Virus record (IMG/VR): IMGVR_UViG_3300043540_000321 | Span: 131,212 to 195,211 of that record | DNA length: 64,000 bases | Reading direction: 5' to 3' (one strand) | Source: a virus | Part shown: one piece after another, positions 59,530-64,000 of the stretch | Layout of the letters: every line of letters begins with the position of its first letter | Position numbering within the stretch: the first letter of the stretch is position 1 | Notes under the pieces: generated by a model | Database searches by the model: none | Told to the model about the DNA's origin: nothing | What the model saw: the letters and a program-made list of their open reading frames with translations, nothing else | Made by a program: the position numbers and the translations under genes

Positions 59530-59949
59530 ATGCCCTACCTTCTCTATCTCGATTCGGGACTAGACCTCTATATCCCTAATACCAACGTAATTCGGTTGAC
59601 TAAAGAGGTCTACACGATAGGAAGGGCACCAGAAAGAGACATAGTTGTAGATTGTATAGGAGTCTCTAGACTGCACTGTACGCTTCTCATGCAAGAAGGT
59701 AGTTACTTTTTAGTAGATGGAGATGGAACATCGAAGTCTAGCCTCAATGGCACCTCTATTCTCAGCAGAGCTGCAAAGGTATATTGCAGCTCTGCTGTTC
59801 CTTTAAGTGATAGAGACGTAATTATGCTCGGTGGTAAAGACTTTTTTGAGTACTTCGCAGATGACCTTACATTAGACGAGGGAGACGAAGGAACGGGAGT
59901 TCCAGCTCGTCTCCCTAGATATCCAGGTGGACTATCTACTGCATCTTAA
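59530..59949 (+). CDS. Stand-alone FHA domain protein
   Basis: IGRAPERDI...VSRLHC...SLNGT. Confidence 0.9.
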   Translation: MPYLLYLDSGLDLYIPNTNVIRLTKEVYTIGRAPERDIVVDCIGVSRLHCTLLMQEGSYFLVDGDGTSKSSLNGTSILSRAAKVYCSSAVPLSDRDVIMLGGKDFFEYFADDLTLDEGDEGTGVPARLPRYPGGLSTAS

Positions 59950-60178
59950 TCTGGTCGCCTGTAGGGTCAACCTTTGTCCTGAAGTCCTTGGCTGCAAGAC
60001 CAATACCTCCGACTCCTAGCCAGCAAGCATAGCGAGAGATCGATACAATCAGGCTGTCGGGACCTCCAAAGAACTGAGGGAAAGCGACAGCGAACCCAAA
60101 ACCAGCGGCAATGATACCGCTAATACTGGTCCGCCAGTTTTTGACGATCGCATCCTTTAGACTGTTAGACAAGCTCAT
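59936..60178 (-). CDS. Small holin-like membrane protein
   Basis: KNWRTSISGIIAA...GIGLAAKD two-TM pattern; start ATG 60178. Confidence 0.5.
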   Translation of the reverse strand: MSLSNSLKDAIVKNWRTSISGIIAAGFGFAVAFPQFFGGPDSLIVSISRYACWLGVGGIGLAAKDFRTKVDPTGDQIKMQ

Positions 60179-60251
60179 AGTTTTTGTAGAACGAGTAGCT
60201 ACTCTATTCAAGCTCGCTCTCAAGGTCGAAAAGTTCTCGCCTCGTTCGTAC

Positions 60252-60980
60252 CTAGAGCAGGGGATTCTTATCACCTAGAAGACTGCCTATCTGTTGAAGT
60301 GCCCAAATAGCACTGACACCTATTGGACCAACAATATTCGTGATACCGTTTGACACATTTGCCGCAAACTCCAGGAGCCAGGCAACTTTTTTCTGGATCT
60401 CTTTTGTGGTGGATAGGTCGTCATCATCGACATTGCAGAGCACTGATGGGTAGACGCTAGGAGTAAACCCTTCAGTGTACTCACGAAAGTGATGTGTGTA
60501 ATAAGCAGGAAAGTCTGGCTTGCTGAGTCCTAGTATGGTCACTGTGCCTAGAGCCGTTAACTGTGTTCCAGGCGTTATGATGCCAAGTTGCTGCATCCAA
60601 AACCAGGACCACCACACAGATTTCGTCTTGAAGTAGTCTGTACTCGACCCAGGATTCACCCGTCTCTCAAGACCTACGCCTTTTAAGCCAATCTTTGAAC
60701 CGCCAGACAGAATGAAAGTCACGTAGGCTCTGGTTATGTAGTACCTTGAAGGGCGGTAGATGTTTCGCACCCTGGTGTACATAAACGCCGTTGCCCAATT
60801 AGTCTGCGGGTTAACAATACACATCAACTGTCCGGCAACAACCTTGGTTCGGTTGCCATCAAGGTCATAGTTAACGTGTTCCGTCACTGGGAGGATAGAG
60901 GCGAAGGCGGGACTACTAAACTCAAACGACAAAACCCCTGTAAGAATAATGCAGAGGATGGATCGAAGAAGGACCTTCAT
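60252..60980 (-). CDS. Secreted two-Cys family protein with amphipathic C-terminal tail
   Basis: Signal ...SPAFA; AGQLMC and YPSVLC separated by 127 aa. Confidence 0.75.
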   Translation of the reverse strand: MKVLLRSILCIILTGVLSFEFSSPAFASILPVTEHVNYDLDGNRTKVVAGQLMCIVNPQTNWATAFMYTRVRNIYRPSRYYITRAYVTFILSGGSKIGLKGVGLERRVNPGSSTDYFKTKSVWWSWFWMQQLGIITPGTQLTALGTVTILGLSKPDFPAYYTHHFREYTEGFTPSVYPSVLCNVDDDDLSTTKEIQKKVAWLLEFAANVSNGITNIVGPIGVSAIWALQQIGSLLGDKNPLL

Positions 60981-61591
60981 TAGTAAACGATTTCCTCGCT
61001 ACCGAGATAGTTTTCGGAGTACAGCTCAGGCTGGAAGACATCGGAGCATTCCTCTTTGTCTTCGGCATCATTCTTCATGCCGCCCTTCGCTTTGGACTTT
61101 GCCTTCGCTTTTTTAGCTTTCTCAGCAGCAGGGTCAGCCATCTTGACCTCGGACTTGTCAGTAGCCTTCTGGTGAGGGTGCTCCTTCATTACGTCGAAGC
61201 CACCTTTCTTGGAGGATTTCTTAGCCATAGTTTTCTTCTCTTTCGCTTGAGGGTAGGGGATATCGGGCGAGGGCCAGGAGGGACAGTTGGGTAGTTGACC
61301 CGCTGGAGTTCCAGCTAGGTCTTGAGATTCAGTAGATTCTGAAAGCTTGCCGGCCGCCTTGTCTGCCTTGCGAGCAGCCTTTGCAGCTTCAGGCGCATAC
61401 TTGGCGGCACGAGAGATAATGCTGCTGCGCTCCTGGGGAGAGCTGGCGTGCCCTCTCAACTTGAGAGCTGCTTCTGCGCTGCGTTTAGACGCGATCGGAA
61501 AGCTGCCGTCTTTCTCTCCGTGGTCTGCTCGCCCCTTCGCAGTTACATTACCTTTAGCTGTTCTAAAACCTTTGGGTTCCCCAGAGGACAT
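60980..61591 (-). CDS. Lys/Ala-rich basic protein with a small phage-type N-terminal domain (DUF6582-like, tentative)
   Basis: GSFPIASKRSAEAALKLRGHA; KKAKAKSKAKGG tail. Confidence 0.5.
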   Translation of the reverse strand: MSSGEPKGFRTAKGNVTAKGRADHGEKDGSFPIASKRSAEAALKLRGHASSPQERSSIISRAAKYAPEAAKAARKADKAAGKLSESTESQDLAGTPAGQLPNCPSWPSPDIPYPQAKEKKTMAKKSSKKGGFDVMKEHPHQKATDKSEVKMADPAAEKAKKAKAKSKAKGGMKNDAEDKEECSDVFQPELYSENYLGSEEIVY

Positions 61592-61643
61592 AGCTCCAAA
61601 TTATTAAACCTGTCCCATTTAAGCGTGAAGTGCTATTCGAGTA

Positions 61644-63854
61644 GTGCTCGAGGTAAAGTCCGATAAGATCGACTTCAACTCAATAAGGAGAATCGAGATG
61701 TCTACCATTGCTGTTCGTATCTTTCAAGCATTTGAAGTATTGGAGAACCTCATGAGCGCATACTTTCGGCTGCATTTATTAAAAGAGGCGGTCGACGCCG
61801 CCCGAGTTACAATGTCCGACTACCTCATCTATAACTTGTGCCGAGAGCATGGGTTTACAGAGGATGAGATCAAAGCCGCTGGGTTGACTATAGAGAGGTC
61901 AAGAACCCCCACCTGCTTAGGCGAGGTGGGGGCGTGAAACAGCCAGATTTCACCGCAAGTCTTGACTAGACCATGAGGCGATGTACGGAAAGGACTACCG
62001 GACGTTTTCCTAATCCGGGCTACCTCCAAGCTCTCTGGTTCAGAGCGCCTGAAGAAAGGACATCCTTACATCGGCTGGTCGAAGGAACACGTTGTTTTTG
62101 GATTATCTCCATGAACTCCAACACTCGAATTTCAGTATTGGCTATTGAGAAAGGTATACGACGCTATTTCTAAGTGGAAAGCGATCGCGAGGAAGGAAGA
62201 CTAGGAGTTGGAAGCTGATGAAAGTTGACGTGACATTTGAGGTCACAGTCTCTATCGACCCCAAGTCAGAGACATTATTAATTCCGGAAGCCGAACTATT
62301 CGAAAGACTGTCTGACGAAGAAGTGGAGCAAGCGGTAGAAGCTGCGATAAGACGAGTCGTTGAGTACGGAATAAGTCCAGAGGATATTAGCGACGTAGCG
62401 TTCTACGACGAACAAGAAGGAGTAAACCCATGACACAAATCGTCGAGGTTACATTGTGCCTGCGCTTGGGAGAACCCGAACCTTTACAAGACATTCCTGG
62501 GCTGCTGGAGAATATTATGGACGCGATCGAGCGCCAAGCTTTTAACTCCGGACTGACCTCTTCTCATGAGGAGGAGAATTGGGTTTCGGAGTTCTGGGCC
62601 GGGGTCGGCGGTACTACTGAGTATGATACAGTGCCCATCCAGCTATATTCCCCTCCCTCGAAGATGATGAGGAGGACGCCGATGACTGACAGTGAAAAGT
62701 TATACGAGGAGATGGGCCTTAGTTCCTGTGAATCTCGGACTCTCGTTCTGAGTTCTCTGCCCGCCAGTCTTATAGACCAGGCAGAAGCTATAGGAAGTTG
62801 GGTTTCATTTTTCGACGGCGACTCCGGAGCCATTATCGATTTGAATGATGTCCCCGTAGATTTACCCAAAGGAACCAACCCCATGCTCGTCAAAATCATA
62901 GAGCGAGCGGTCGCCGACGGATATGGTTATCTAATAATGTTTGGATAGGAGCAAGTCATGACGAATGACGACACGCACTTTTTACTGAATAGGTTGGAGC
63001 AGGCGAGAGCGGCGGATGGTCAGCAACTCTTTCAAACATTTATCCTCGTGGAAGTGTTAAGTGATCGCCCCTGCGCTGGTCTTGGACTGAAGGAGATTGC
63101 TCGAGAGATTGAAGAAGGGGACTTCAGCGGACAGTACGATGTCGTCTTCTCACGACGAGTCACTCCAAAAGAGATGTCCGAACTATTAATTGAGCAGGGT
63201 AGTGACCCTGACTTTCTTGGCTGCGGAACTGAAGAGGAGAATGAACAGTGGCATTAGACAAATGCAAGCGTTGCGGCTCGCAAATTAAAGACGGTTTCTG
63301 TAGCGACATTACTTGCCCTTATCACGACTGGGAACAAAAAGTTGAGGAGTCCTGCTTGTATGAGATGACTCAGGAGCAGATCGAACAACTATTCGGCACT
63401 CAAAAGAGGAACAACTGCTTCGATGCCTGGAGCTCCTCAAGTTCTGAAAAGGACCCACCCGCATTAAGACAAGTCGCCGCCGACCAGCCCTCCGACTACG
63501 TTCTTGACGGACGTTCCTGTTGGATTGCAGGAAAAAAGTTGACTCTCTTTATAGCCCAGGAGAAAGACGGCACAATGTACGTCGAAGTCTTTGAGAACAG
63601 CGACCAAGATGACCCTATTAGAGAGCTTGTTGTCCGACCGAGTAACTATGATGAGGACGAAGAGGATGAAAATCACAGCTAGTTTCGATATAGACCTCGA
63701 TCAACTGAGGTCGTGCTTAGAAGATGCAGGGTCAGAACTCAACGACTTAGAGGATGCTCTTATAGGAGAGTTTGGCTGGGTCCAGGCTAGTGGAATCTAT
63801 CTAGATAGCCTGAGGATAGAGGAGGAAGAGGAGTTGACGTACTCCCCCCGATGA
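61644..63854 (+). other. Run of small acidic hypothetical genes
   Basis: ORFs 61644-61937, 62218-62433, 62430-62948, 62958-63257, 63248-63682 and ~63666-63854. Confidence 0.6.
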
Positions 63855-63870
63855 ATCAGGGGGATTCTTA
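63834..63870 (+). mobile_element. IS200/IS605 left end
   Basis: TTGAC then GTACTCCCCCCGATGAATCAGGGGGATTC hairpin, similar to the hairpin at ~29600. Confidence 0.7.
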
Positions 63871-63873
63871 AAG

Positions 63874-64000
63874 TGTAATAGTTAAGACTTAATCTGACAT
63901 TCCTTGTAAACTCAATACAGGTCAGGAGTGTCAAAATGAATACACAGGACAAGATCATCCAAAACAAACTGGGTGTACTCAATCTCGCCAAGATGCTGGG
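63874..64000 (+). mobile_element. IS481-family element, 5' end (runs off the window)
   Basis: Starts TGT; ORF from 63936 MNTQDKIIQNKLGVLNLAKMLG resembles the IS481 transposase N-terminus. Confidence 0.75.

Noticed and set aside
59936-60178. Complete lysis cassette
   Set aside because: Only a holin-like ORF; no endolysin or spanin recognised nearby
1-64000. CRISPR array or cas genes
   Set aside because: No repeat-spacer periodicity seen; the RuvC proteins are TnpB within IS605 ends, or a resolvase
1-64000. Genome-wide stop-codon reassignment implied by the UUA tRNA
   Set aside because: Known proteins (NrdJ, TnpA, TnpB, Dcd, cyclase) translate fully in code 11, and TAA ends genes at expected positions
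1-64000. Retron, DGR or group II intron
   Set aside because: No reverse transcriptase motif (YxDD in RT context), no template/variable repeat pair and no domain V hairpin found

Overview
This window looks like part of a large phage or phage-plasmid/prophage of a HIP1-positive cyanobacterium. Most of it is short, tightly packed + strand ORFs with Shine-Dalgarno motifs, punctuated by intrinsic terminators and interrupted by minus-strand cassettes. No capsid, terminase, portal, tail or integrase gene is recognisable here, so the element type is inferred. Nucleotide and replication genes: a PduO-type cobalamin adenosyltransferase directly upstream of an intein-containing class II ribonucleotide reductase (nrdJ), a family-A-polymerase-like protein, a RuvC-like resolvase and a dCTP deaminase. 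Host-manipulation genes: nblA, an FHA-adenylyl cyclase plus a stand-alone FHA protein, a Dps-like protein, ArdA, Bro-N, an AbrB/Doc toxin-antitoxin pair, a TctA-like membrane protein and a 1704-aa FG-GAP/ELWxxDGT protein. Mobile DNA: two complete IS605 elements (tnpA+tnpB), several orphan IS200/605 ends, an IscB remnant, a truncated IS5 and the start of an IS481. The most unusual observations are (i) a dispersed family of up to six divergent secreted proteins with a shared two-cysteine architecture, (ii) a near-canonical tRNA gene with an ochre (UUA) anticodon, (iii) a ~200-nt pseudoknotted RNA candidate upstream of the TctA-like gene, (iv) back-to-back TnpB tails that retain their guide-RNA ends, and (v) a perfect 28-bp HIP1-centred palindrome with related repeats. 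All family assignments come from motif recognition by eye, and all counts are by-eye counts. No database search was run.
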